64,000 nt of DNA, taken from NCBI RefSeq assembly GCF_011045215.1, contig NZ_CP049201.1; one strand, 5' to 3'. This stretch comes from Escherichia coli (GTDB taxonomy: Bacteria; Pseudomonadota; Gammaproteobacteria; Enterobacterales; Enterobacteriaceae). The translations under genes and the position numbers were made by a program. Below are positions 50,304 through 60,104 of this stretch, piece after piece. The first letter of the stretch is position 1, and each line of letters opens with the position of its first letter. The notes under the pieces are model-generated. The model saw nothing but the letters and a program-made list of their open reading frames with translations, was not told the origin of the DNA and made no database searches.

Positions 50304-50352
50304 GTTGAGGCAGTATATTGAAACAATGAGAATGAATCACACATATAAGCTC

Positions 50353-51345
50353 TCACAATCTTCCGCCGTTTTTGACTGTTGCAGATATACTTTTAGCAGG
50401 TTTTAAATGCCTGGAGATTTCTTTCTGTTCTCGACGGATTTTGTATGAATTAATTTCTTCATAATCCTTGTGTTTATTTATTTTTGATAAATCAACCAAG
50501 AGATTATTTCTTATCATCCACTTTACAATTCGCTTGTTGATATCTTTATAGAGAGGGCCGCCTTTATATTTATAGAAGTGAATATCATGAATTTCACTGA
50601 TGAAATCAAGTATGGATAAGATTTCTTTATAATCACCAATGTAACTGTTAATGGTGAAATGGTCTTTATTAAGTTCTATTTTGAATCCATGTTCAGAAAG
50701 GTAATACAAGAAAAAGGCTGAGTCGAGATCACAAAAATCTACATGCAGCGTTCTTCTGTCAAATTTATCAATATGCGAGAGAATGATATCATGTAATTCA
50801 TAATCATATACATTTTCAATAAATCCTTTCCCTGAATGATCAATTTGATTGACATTGCATCCAGCATCTATTGCTACGGATAAAACTTCCGGGGAAAGGG
50901 GCATGAAGAGAATATTCATTCCTTTTTTATCGATGTGATTTATATCACAACCAGCATTAATTAATTCTGTCAATCCTTCAGCATTCCTGTAATGTTCAAA
51001 AATGCATGTGTAGCCATTAGTATCCGTATGCGAGGTGTCTAAACCCAGTTCAATCAGTTTCTTCAGTATTTCTGGATTTTTTTGATGAAAGAGCGCATTT
51101 TGCCCATGTCCGTTGATATGGTGTATATTAATTCCATAACTGAGCAGGCAATCCATGGCTTCCAGGGTTCTGCAGGCAAAAATGGCATTGTTGCCGTTAC
51201 TGTTAACAGCATTGATGTCATAGCCTATTTTTAAAGCTTTCTTTATATCATCAGGTGATCTTGCATTGAAGAATGATTCAGAAATGGCAAGGTCTAATGC
51301 CTTTTCTAATAATCCCTTTTGTAATAAGGATATGACTAATTCCAT
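50353..51345 (-). CDS. ankyrin-repeat protein with uncharacterised C-terminal domain
   Basis: ORF 50353..51357; about five degenerate ANK-like repeats (NSNGNNAIFAC..., NGHGQNALFH..., TNGYTCIFEH..., KKGMNILFMP..., HSGKGFIENV...); second ATG at 51345 has GGGGGTG RBS. Confidence 0.7.
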   Translation of the reverse strand: MELVISLLQKGLLEKALDLAISESFFNARSPDDIKKALKIGYDINAVNSNGNNAIFACRTLEAMDCLLSYGINIHHINGHGQNALFHQKNPEILKKLIELGLDTSHTDTNGYTCIFEHYRNAEGLTELINAGCDINHIDKKGMNILFMPLSPEVLSVAIDAGCNVNQIDHSGKGFIENVYDYELHDIILSHIDKFDRRTLHVDFCDLDSAFFLYYLSEHGFKIELNKDHFTINSYIGDYKEILSILDFISEIHDIHFYKYKGGPLYKDINKRIVKWMIRNNLLVDLSKINKHKDYEEINSYKIRREQKEISRHLKPAKSISATVKNGGRL

Positions 51346-51565
51346 AAACACCCCCATGAAAAAATGTTTAAGTCATTAGATATCAGAAATTCTGTGAAAT
51401 GCAACAGCTGGGGAAAGGTGTTCATGATGTGCGGAATAAAAATTTCCACAAACCACCCGTGGATACATCAGAAACACCTGCAGTAAATTTACGCCTGTAA
51501 CCTGCCGTCCGGACTATAGGACCAAACCTTCGCGGGAGATGCTACCATTACATCGGCAATGTTGA

Positions 51566-51958
<393 letters not shown>

Positions 51959-52102
51959 ATTTCTCAGTTCAACTTCCTTCTGGCTAGGTTAACTTGCAAG
52001 CAGGAAGTGCTTTTCATCGATTAGTGAATACGGTAGTTTTTTCAAACTAACTGAACTCTATTCGTATGACTTAAATCTTTAAGAAGGCAGGAGATTTGAA
52101 TT

Positions 52103-52957
52103 TTGAAAAACTGGTCACCAGAGCATACTAAAGAAATCAAAGCTTGGCTTGACATAGATAACTATCGCAAGCTCGAAGACATCAGTTTAAATGCCTTGTA
52201 TCACGAACTTTGGGCAAGAGCACTTCTGTACAAGCCTGGGCCTACTGACGAAGAAAAGAAAGGGCTATGGGTGTACATGACTGAAATTTTCAGTGGGAAC
52301 CCCCATCTTTTCAAAGGGAAGCATCTCGATTATCCAACAGTTAACGATACTCTCTACAGTCCTCCACACATTTTTATCACGGATATCACCAGGCTTGCTG
52401 AACTTAGTGTGATGGCTCTTAGTGTGAATCTTTTCACCTGGGAGGAAGGAAACGATGAATATTGTGTTAATGCGCCTCATCACGAAGCTTATGTGTCACA
52501 ACTCTTGTCCCCCTTATGTGAGAAAACGGTGTTGCTTGAAATCGATCTTGGTAGTGGTACTGACGATGAAATAGCCGAATCGATAAAAGCGGCCCTGCCA
52601 CAATGGAGATCGGTAAAAGGAGTGGAAGTTAATGAAACCGGTATCGTTCGTTTCGGCTATGGAACCATTAAAAAAATTATAAATTACAGGTTGGTTGCGA
52701 TGCTGGACATCTTACTTTGGGCAAAAAGGAAAGAACTAAGAATCTCAGATGATCGCCTCTCCCGGCTTCTTTATACTGATGAAGATGAAGAAACAACTAC
52801 CCGTTTAGGGTATCACATTAAAGACTCAGATCGTCCGCTTGCGATGAAAGCTGCAACGATAGACTTCATTAGGCAGTTCAATTTTTTCATGAACCGAAAT
52901 CCCCACCTGAAAAACATGAGAGTTTCAGATGTGATGAAACTCTCTGATTCTAACTGA
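52103..52957 (+). CDS. hypothetical island protein upstream of alpA
   Basis: 284-aa ORF, TTG start with GGAG RBS; no recognised domain. Confidence 0.55.
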   Translation: MKNWSPEHTKEIKAWLDIDNYRKLEDISLNALYHELWARALLYKPGPTDEEKKGLWVYMTEIFSGNPHLFKGKHLDYPTVNDTLYSPPHIFITDITRLAELSVMALSVNLFTWEEGNDEYCVNAPHHEAYVSQLLSPLCEKTVLLEIDLGSGTDDEIAESIKAALPQWRSVKGVEVNETGIVRFGYGTIKKIINYRLVAMLDILLWAKRKELRISDDRLSRLLYTDEDEETTTRLGYHIKDSDRPLAMKAATIDFIRQFNFFMNRNPHLKNMRVSDVMKLSDSN

Positions 52958-53079
52958 TCTCGAATTCCCGAAGTCTACTACTGCAGGGCAGACCGTAACC
53001 CTGCAGTTAGGAAGCTCGCTCCTTTCTTTTCCCAACTGTTCGTATAGTGATCCCATCACAACGACAAAGGGAAAACAAA

Positions 53080-53286
53080 ATGAACAATCAAAATACCCGC
53101 CTAATTCGCTTGCCAGAAGTTATGAACAGAACCGGCTATGGCAAGGCCTGGATTTATCGTCTAATCAACGAAGGTTTATTTCCACAACCAATAAAAATTG
53201 GTTCGCGTGCAATTGCATTTGTCGAAAGCGAAGTAGATGAATGGATCGCATCTGCAATTGAACGTTCACGTAAAAATGCAGCCTGA
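53080..53286 (+). CDS. alpA: AlpA-family prophage/island transcriptional regulator (excision control)
   Basis: ORF 53047..53286; from MNNQNTRLIRLPEVMNRTGYGKAWIYRLINEGLFPQPIKIGSRAIAFVESEVDEWI, close to the AlpA/MerR-like HTH family. Confidence 0.85.
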   Translation: MNNQNTRLIRLPEVMNRTGYGKAWIYRLINEGLFPQPIKIGSRAIAFVESEVDEWIASAIERSRKNAA

Positions 53287-53490
53287 TTACGGGGCTAATG
53301 ATGAGTGTATTAAATTTGGTGTGTAAAAATAAATGGTGCTATTCAACAATGAGCCGAGGGCCGCCTGATATTTTATAAGTAGTATTAGGTTAGGCTTTGG
53401 TATTAAGAAGTAATAACAATAGTCATTGGTGGAGATTATGATGGCATTTTTACCGTGACATTATAAATTAATAAGTACAGGAGATTTAAA

Positions 53491-53766
53491 ATGAATAATT
53501 CAATCAGAGTACCGGAAGATAAAGATTTTGTATGTGCATTTGTGACTTCACCGGATAGCTTGTATGAGGCTATTGAAACCTATCGTAATTATGTAGATCC
53601 AGTCGAAGAGATAGAGTTTGAGCACGTCCTTCTTTATTTGTTGTGTTCTATACTGGTCGAAGGTGCTACAGATGTTACCATTAATGATGAAGTACGAATG
53701 TGTATTGAGCACCTTGTCAATGAAAAAAATATTATCAGAAAGAATAATGCAGGTAAAAAGGTGTAA
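53491..53766 (+). CDS. hypothetical protein
   Basis: 91-aa ORF downstream of alpA; no recognised motif. Confidence 0.4.
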   Translation: MNNSIRVPEDKDFVCAFVTSPDSLYEAIETYRNYVDPVEEIEFEHVLLYLLCSILVEGATDVTINDEVRMCIEHLVNEKNIIRKNNAGKKV

Positions 53767-53939
53767 AGTCTGTAATAAATTATCATGGGTACAGACAGCA
53801 CAAGTCTGTACCTTCTTATTTTAATCCTACTGGTAATGATATATAAAAATTATGTGCTTTTGATAGCGGTCATGTGGTTTTGCTATAGTAAGCATTGCAG
53901 GATAGGAATATCCTAAACTTTCATTCTCTGCCCTTTGTT

Positions 53940-54245
53940 TTATTTAAGATAACTGAAAAATACAGGGTTTAAACGATACTGGTATTTGAACTCAGTAGGT
54001 ATAATAACATTCGTATCAATCAGTTCATCGATGGCCCGATAAAATCGGGCTGGCGTAATATGTATATCTTCCTGCTGTGCGATGGATGTTGCACGGTGAA
54101 AGTTCAGGTAAACAGTGTTTTTATCTGGTGTGTATGAAGCGATTAATGTGAGAAGCCAAAACACATAGTGAGCAGTATTGTTCAGATTGCGTTGTTCATC
54201 TGATAATTTATTCTGGTAAAGGTAAGCAGGGAGTCTTTGCTTCAT
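53940..54245 (-). CDS. hypothetical protein (possible winged-helix)
   Basis: 101-aa ORF directly downstream of the 187-aa HTH gene on the minus strand. Confidence 0.4.
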   Translation of the reverse strand: MKQRLPAYLYQNKLSDEQRNLNNTAHYVFWLLTLIASYTPDKNTVYLNFHRATSIAQQEDIHITPARFYRAIDELIDTNVIIPTEFKYQYRLNPVFFSYLK

Positions 54246-54314
54246 AAAGATATCCTTTGTTTTATTAAGTTTTTCGCTGGTGTGGGGCGTAAAATCACCG
54301 CGCTGTTATGTCTT

Positions 54315-54878
54315 TTAAAAGGGAATGCCGTCAGTTGGATATCTGTTTCTGGATTTTTTTACAGGCTTTGTTTTGCGCCCTGCGCGATAAAAGTTGAATG
54401 AAGTGGCAAAATCTTCAGTCTCAAGTCTGGATTTACTGAATTTATCCATCAGATCTTCATTGAAACGATGAGGAATACCTTTTACGCATAAATTAGAATT
54501 CAGGTAAACCTGACCGTCTTCAGCGTTACGGATCAGTATTTTCCTCTCAAATAATTCTCTGAATGCACGTGAAACATTCGATTTATTCAGTCCTAACTCT
54601 CTGGCAGTACGTGACTGTGAAAAGTCAGGGATAATATTTCCATAATCAATGACTGAGAAAAGATAAAGAACAATTCTGAATGCCGTTGGTGTCAGATCCA
54701 TTCGGGCGAGTGTGGCCGTATTATCTTTAAAGACCATCGAAAAATCGTCACGAAAGGATGTCTTTTTACAGGCACTTGCTTTAACTTTTATTTCTTCCAG
54801 ATCTTCGGGCATAACATCTAATGCTTCTGCAATGATTGCTTTTTGTTCTTTAGTTAACATAACACTTGTGTTTGACAT
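54315..54878 (-). CDS. HTH-domain protein, RepL-like replication/regulatory protein
   Basis: 187-aa ORF; HTH segment TARELGLNKSNVSRAFRELFERKILIR; basic C-terminus. Confidence 0.5.
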   Translation of the reverse strand: MSNTSVMLTKEQKAIIAEALDVMPEDLEEIKVKASACKKTSFRDDFSMVFKDNTATLARMDLTPTAFRIVLYLFSVIDYGNIIPDFSQSRTARELGLNKSNVSRAFRELFERKILIRNAEDGQVYLNSNLCVKGIPHRFNEDLMDKFSKSRLETEDFATSFNFYRAGRKTKPVKKSRNRYPTDGIPF

Positions 54879-55337
54879 AATGGCTCCTTTTTTATTATTG
54901 TGATAACAGATATGGCATATTAAATTTGTTTGTCAATATTATTAGTAATAAAAATTTTAAAATATTATATTTATTGCTCTGTGATTATTTTTTTAGTGAA
55001 ATATTAAGGGTTGTCAGAGTTATTACGAAGGGTGCTAAATTTCACCATCACCCGTTATGTCATTAATAATTTTTGGTTCTGAAAGATACAACCAATATTC
55101 TATCTTAACTTGTTGATGTAATTGATTAATTTTCTTTTTGTATTTGCAAGATAAAAGAGTGATAAAGAAACAAGAAACCGAAATTTAGCTTTAGACTGAC
55201 ACAAAATTCCATTGTACACAGTTTGATAAACACTGCTATTGCTGATTTTCCTTCGTAATATTATTCCTTAAGTGAAGCCTGCGCACCTGTATGTTGCGCC
55301 ACTGGGCTTCAGAACATTGCTATAGTGTTTAACTGTC

Positions 55338-55430
55338 AGTAGAAATACGCTTCGCGCAGGAGTTCAGACAGTTGGGTTTAGCTCTCAGCACAAATACGCT
55401 TCGCGCAGAGATTCAGACTGCTGAGTTTAG
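55338..55430. repeat. two tandem ~45-bp imperfect direct repeats (AGTAGAAATACGCTTCGCGCAGGAGTTCAGACAGTTGGGTTTAGC / AGCACAAATACGCTTCGCGCAGAGATTCAGACTGCTGAGTTTAGC)
   Basis: Read directly; followed at 55474..55668 by interleaved inverted repeats. Confidence 0.8.
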
Positions 55431-55872
55431 CGAAAGAGTGGACCCGACTACATGATTTACCCGTTAACTTAATACGGCTCACGCCGGAACCCCTTCGGAA
55501 AAATCCTTTCTGCTTCAGCGAGTGAGTGCTGTGGGCACTCAGCGGCGCTGCAAGAGGGATTAAACGTTGGGTTTTCATCTGACGGGTAAAAATAATCTAC
55601 ATATATCTGTCGTCGGGGGCGTGAGCCGGTGCGTAGCACTCTCTCAGAAAAATTCCTGAAGGGGTTTTATCTGAAATCTGGAAACTACCTGGCTTTTGAA
55701 AAAAGGAAGTGGTAATGCAATCGATCGGACTCAACATTGCAACAGCGTAAGCTGTTTCCAGTATTAAAAGAATAAATAGTTGTCATTTTAAAATAAAATA
55801 TTTTCAATTTTGTATTGATTTAAATTTTAAAGCTGATAGTACTTAATTATAAAAACAAAAAAGGAGAGGGTT

Positions 55873-56045
55873 ATGAGTAATATTTTTGTTTCTTCTCAGG
55901 AAGAAAAGTTTATATTTGTTGTTGATAAATATATAACACAGCATCGCGACAGTGTTAATAACAATATTTTTTACAGAAAACTTTATGTGCTTTTCGCTGG
56001 ATACCATCTGAAGTATTTTTATTCACGGGCGCAATATCGCAATTC
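55873..56045 (+). pseudogene. 5' fragment of a gene truncated by the IS21-family insertion
   Basis: Strong RBS AAGGAGAGGG plus ATG at 55873; reading frame runs into the IS terminal repeats. Confidence 0.45.
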
Positions 56046-56151
56046 GTGTTATTGCGTATTCCGCTCTATTCGATCACGGATTGGCATCGAAGTTCGATCA
56101 GCGATTCGCATCCATTCGATCAACCGGGAACTTAACTTTTTCTACCGCTTT

Positions 56152-56907
56152 TTAACTCGTTTTTTCGCTGCTTTCCACTGTCGGGGGATTTTTCCTCAGG
56201 GACTCTCCCTGAAGGACCACTCTGTGTGAGTTATGTACCAGTCTGTCCAGGATGGCATCTGCTGTTGTTGGGTTCTCCATCAGACCATGCCATTTATCTA
56301 CCGGGAACTGGCTTACCACTATCGTGCTGCTTTGTCCGTAACGATCCTCTGTGATCTCCAGAAGGTCATTACACTGGGCGTTACTTAACTGTTCCAGCCC
56401 CAGATCGTCCAGGATTAGAACCTGTATTTTTTGCAACTGTTTCAGATATTTCAGCCAACTGCCATCAACACGTCCCTGAGCCAACTGTTCCAGTAATCGC
56501 CCGGTTCTACAGTACCGGACGCTGTATTTCTGTCGACATGCCTGTTCGCCCAGCGCATTGGCTATCCAGCTCTTACCGCATCCTGTCGGACCGGTTATCA
56601 GTAGGTTTTTCCTGTGGATTATGTAGTGGCCGTTCAGCAGTTCCCTCATCTGTTCAGCCCGCAGACCTCTTGAGGCCGGATAACGCAGCCCTTCCGGTGT
56701 TGCCTGATATTTCAGGCAGGCATTTTTTCTCAACCGTGCCACACGACTGTTTTCTCTGCTCAGAAGCTCGTCATCAACCAGCAGTGTCAGCCTTTCCTCG
56801 AACGACAGTTCGTCGTAAGTCTGAGGCGTTTCCCGTTGCCGTATCAGGCTCCCGGCCATCGCCGGGAGTTTCAGTTGGGTCAGTTTGTTTAACAGATTAT
56901 CACTCAT
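56152..56907 (-). CDS. istB: IS21-family helper ATPase IstB
   Basis: ORF 56152..57150; Walker A LLITGPTGCGKSWIANALG; start taken at MSDNLLNKLTQLKLP. Confidence 0.85.
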   Translation of the reverse strand: MSDNLLNKLTQLKLPAMAGSLIRQRETPQTYDELSFEERLTLLVDDELLSRENSRVARLRKNACLKYQATPEGLRYPASRGLRAEQMRELLNGHYIIHRKNLLITGPTGCGKSWIANALGEQACRQKYSVRYCRTGRLLEQLAQGRVDGSWLKYLKQLQKIQVLILDDLGLEQLSNAQCNDLLEITEDRYGQSSTIVVSQFPVDKWHGLMENPTTADAILDRLVHNSHRVVLQGESLRKNPPTVESSEKTS

Positions 56908-56923
56908 ACGGTTGTTCCTTCTG

Positions 56924-58591
56924 TCAGTGGTAGTAGCCAGGACCACGCAGGTTTTCATGCTCTGAAGCATATGCCGGATGTTGTTCGCCCTGGCGGGATA
57001 ACGGAAGCTCAACGTTATCCCGATGATGACGCAGCAGATTGTCGATAAAGCGTCTGTCCGGGGCGTTATAGTGCAGGGCAACGTAACAGGCCTTTTCCAG
57101 CCGTTCCGGGCCGTATTTTTTCTGAAGTGCCAGCAGACCCAGGACTGCACGGTAAGCCAGCTCCGGATGGGGTTTGGCTTTCAGCATGGATTCAACCACC
57201 CGGCCTGTGGACGGACCTGTACGGTTTCCCTGCTCGATAAGGCGTTCCGGTGTCCATGTCCCATGCCGCCGGTGGCGTTCTGGCATGTGAAGCGGATTGG
57301 TTGTGTGTTTATATTCATGTGTGCTGCGCGGATGTTGCGCCACACACTGCCCCTTGTGCCAGAGCTGTACCACCGACTGCCCCACCTTCAGTGACAGACG
57401 CTGACCGACCAGTTCGTGTGGAACGGAGTACCAGTGACGGGCATATTCAACGTGGTAGTCAGGGCCAACCTTCACGGCTTTGTATTCCGTGTATTCATAA
57501 GGCTCCAGAGGCAGCGGAGAGAGTGCTGGTGCATCCAGCATGCGGAAGCGTTCTGCGCGGGTTTGATTACCGTATCCCTTCATTGGTCGGTTATTCATGT
57601 CCGTCAGCAACTCCCGAAGGCGTGCATTCAGCGCCCTGAGCGTGTGGAAGGTTTCATTACGGATGCGGGCAAGAAGCCATCGCTCGACGATGAGGACGCC
57701 GTTTTCTGCTTTTGGTTTATCTTTAGGTTTGCGCGGGCGGGCCGGGATAATAACCGTGCCATAGTGCTCAGCCAGCGCCTGATAACTGTCGTTGATGACA
57801 GGCTCATAGCGATCGGCTTTTTTCACTGCGCTTCTGAGGTTATCGGGGATGAGCAGCTTCGGTACGCCGCCCAGGAAGGTCAGGCAACGGCTGTGGGCAT
57901 TTAACCATGACATCATGTCCTGACCTTCGCACGCTTCAACATAGGTATAGTTGGACGCCCCCATTACAGCCACGAAGATTGCCACGCGGCGTATCTCTCC
58001 GGTGTCCGGATTAATAACAGGGACCGTAGGACCACAGAAGTCGATAAAGAGCTTTTCGCCAGCACGATGCTCCTGTCGCATGGAGAGGCGTCGCGTTTTT
58101 TTCCACTTCCGGTAGCAACGGCAGAAGTGTGAGTATCCCATCGCTTTGTCACCCGCCTGTGCCTTGTATTCCATCCACAACAGTTGGCGCGTCACGCCAG
58201 GTTTTCTCATTTCCGTATCGAAGTACAGCATGTCAGGCATAACAAGCTCTGACGCAGAGGTGTCTTTGGGCGGGAAAATGAGTTTCTCCAGCGTGTCATG
58301 GGATATATCAGCAGGTAATGGCCATGACAGAGAAGAGGCTTTGAAGCGGGCAAGAACCTCAAAAACGGTTGAGGCGCTGATGTGTAACGTCAGTCCGATA
58401 CAACGGTTAGTCAGCTTCTTATCGAACTTGAGCTGAAGGATCTTAAAACAAGTTTCCATAGTGCTCCTGGATTTTCTCTTTTTGGACATTGACGTCTCCA
58501 CTGGTTTAAACACGGCAATGGAGACTGTGGTGAAAAGAGTTAATTCCCGGAGTGACTGGCGAATTCCAATCAATGATCGGAAGTATGCCAA
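56924..58591 (-). CDS. istA: IS21-family transposase IstA
   Basis: 555-aa ORF with integrase core upstream of istB; true start probably an internal Met (MSKKRK... or METCFK...). Confidence 0.8.
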   Translation of the reverse strand: MAYFRSLIGIRQSLRELTLFTTVSIAVFKPVETSMSKKRKSRSTMETCFKILQLKFDKKLTNRCIGLTLHISASTVFEVLARFKASSLSWPLPADISHDTLEKLIFPPKDTSASELVMPDMLYFDTEMRKPGVTRQLLWMEYKAQAGDKAMGYSHFCRCYRKWKKTRRLSMRQEHRAGEKLFIDFCGPTVPVINPDTGEIRRVAIFVAVMGASNYTYVEACEGQDMMSWLNAHSRCLTFLGGVPKLLIPDNLRSAVKKADRYEPVINDSYQALAEHYGTVIIPARPRKPKDKPKAENGVLIVERWLLARIRNETFHTLRALNARLRELLTDMNNRPMKGYGNQTRAERFRMLDAPALSPLPLEPYEYTEYKAVKVGPDYHVEYARHWYSVPHELVGQRLSLKVGQSVVQLWHKGQCVAQHPRSTHEYKHTTNPLHMPERHRRHGTWTPERLIEQGNRTGPSTGRVVESMLKAKPHPELAYRAVLGLLALQKKYGPERLEKACYVALHYNAPDRRFIDNLLRHHRDNVELPLSRQGEQHPAYASEHENLRGPGYYH

Positions 58592-58614
58592 ATCGTGATC
58601 GATTGTGATGCCAA

Positions 58615-60104
58615 CATATCCTTACCCATAAATCCGAGTGATGTTATTCTGTTGATAAATTAACCATAATTTAGAGGAACTATGGAAAACTGGGTTATTA
58701 AGGAGCTGGAATCTCTGAATGTTGGTGATATCAGGCTCGAAAAGCGAATAAAGCACGTTCTCAGTGTGCTTAGCCGTTCACCAAAGGAAAGTATTCCCGT
58801 ATCCTGCCGTACCTGGAGTGAGACAAAAGCTGCTTATCGTTGCTTTTCCAGTGATAAAATTTCAGCCGATAAAATCATGGCTCCCCATAAGAAAAATATC
58901 ATCGAAAGGACTAAACAGTTTAAACGGGCTCTGGTTTTACAGGATACGACTGAACTAAATTATTCTGGTCAAAAAAAGAAACAGGGCGTCGGTCCCAGAC
59001 GACATGAAAATGAGCGAGATTTGTTTATTCACCCTCAATTGGTTATAAGTGATTCAGGTATTTGCTTAGGGGTTTATGATGATTATCAATGGTTCAGAAA
59101 AGAACTCAAAACTCAGAAACAAAGTCGTAAAGAAATAACTAATGATTCACTTCACAGGAAACATATCAGTGAGAAAGAAACAGGACGGTGGATAGAAGGA
59201 TATAAAAAAGCAACAGAACTGGCTAGGTCCTGTCCTGATACCCAGATAATTTCTGTTTCAGACCGTGAAGGTGATATTTACGACCTCTTTGAGAGTGCAG
59301 AAAATGAAAGTGGGATAAAGGCTGACTGGCTCGTAAGAATGAAGAGCATTAACCGGGCTATACTGAATTCATCAGGAAAAAGAGACTCATTACTCCTGAA
59401 TGAAAAAATGATGCAGATTTTGCCACAGCAGATAATTGAGTTTACCCTTCCGGAAGGACGAGGACAACCTTCCCGCAAAGTCCAGCAGGAGCTACGCTTA
59501 GCAAGGTTGACGCTACATCCACCCACCGGTCGAAGAGGAAAGTTACGTTGTTCTCCGGTAACGGTAACTGTATTACTTGCAAAGGAAATAAATGCTCCAG
59601 AAAGTGTCCAGCCATTAGTATGGTGGCTAATGAGTAGTGTACCTCCAGAAAAGCTGACGGAACCCGCACAGCTTATTCAATGGTATTTATTACGCTGGCA
59701 GATTGAAGTTTTCTTTAAGGTATTAAAAAGCGGATGTCAGGTTGAGAAATTACAACTTGAGACATTTGAACGCACAAGGAACTGTCTGGCCTTATACCTT
59801 ATAATCTCATGGAGAATACTTTATCTTAGCTCATTGTATAAAATGGTTCCGGAGGAACCCTGTGATTTAATTTTCGAAAAGAAAGAATATGAGTATCTCT
59901 GGATATTGGTAGAGAATACGCCTCCACCTGAAAACATACCGAATATAAGAACGGCGGTTTTAATGCTTGCAAGATTAGGAGGATATCTGGCAAGAAAAAA
60001 TGATTCGCCTCCAGGCCCTAAGACTATATGGTCAGGATTAACACAATTAATGCTGTCAATTAATGCCATAGAAATAGCCCAGAAAACTTGTGGGTAAGGG
60101 TATG
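58615..60104 (+). mobile_element. IS4-family (IS50/Tn5-like) insertion sequence, 1490 bp, flanked by 9-bp target duplication TGATGCCAA (58606..58614 and 60105..60113)
   Basis: Direct repeats read directly; imperfect terminal inverted repeats CATATCCTTACCCATAAATCC / CATACCCTTACCCACAAGTTT; 9-bp duplication is the size expected for IS50. Confidence 0.75.
58682..60097 (+). CDS. IS4-family DDE transposase (Tn5 Tnp-like)
   Basis: 471-aa ORF; YLLRWQIEVFFKVLKSGCQVEKLQLE parallels Tn5 YTHRWRIEEFHKAWKTGAGAERQRME; LMLARLGGYLARK parallels MAIARLGGFMDSK. Confidence 0.85.
   Translation: MENWVIKELESLNVGDIRLEKRIKHVLSVLSRSPKESIPVSCRTWSETKAAYRCFSSDKISADKIMAPHKKNIIERTKQFKRALVLQDTTELNYSGQKKKQGVGPRRHENERDLFIHPQLVISDSGICLGVYDDYQWFRKELKTQKQSRKEITNDSLHRKHISEKETGRWIEGYKKATELARSCPDTQIISVSDREGDIYDLFESAENESGIKADWLVRMKSINRAILNSSGKRDSLLLNEKMMQILPQQIIEFTLPEGRGQPSRKVQQELRLARLTLHPPTGRRGKLRCSPVTVTVLLAKEINAPESVQPLVWWLMSSVPPEKLTEPAQLIQWYLLRWQIEVFFKVLKSGCQVEKLQLETFERTRNCLALYLIISWRILYLSSLYKMVPEEPCDLIFEKKEYEYLWILVENTPPPENIPNIRTAVLMLARLGGYLARKNDSPPGPKTIWSGLTQLMLSINAIEIAQKTCG

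Noticed and set aside
55338-55670. Retron msr/msd ncRNA (inverted repeats flanking a structured region)
   Set aside because: No reverse transcriptase gene adjacent; the repeat arrangement is crossing rather than the nested a1/a2 type.
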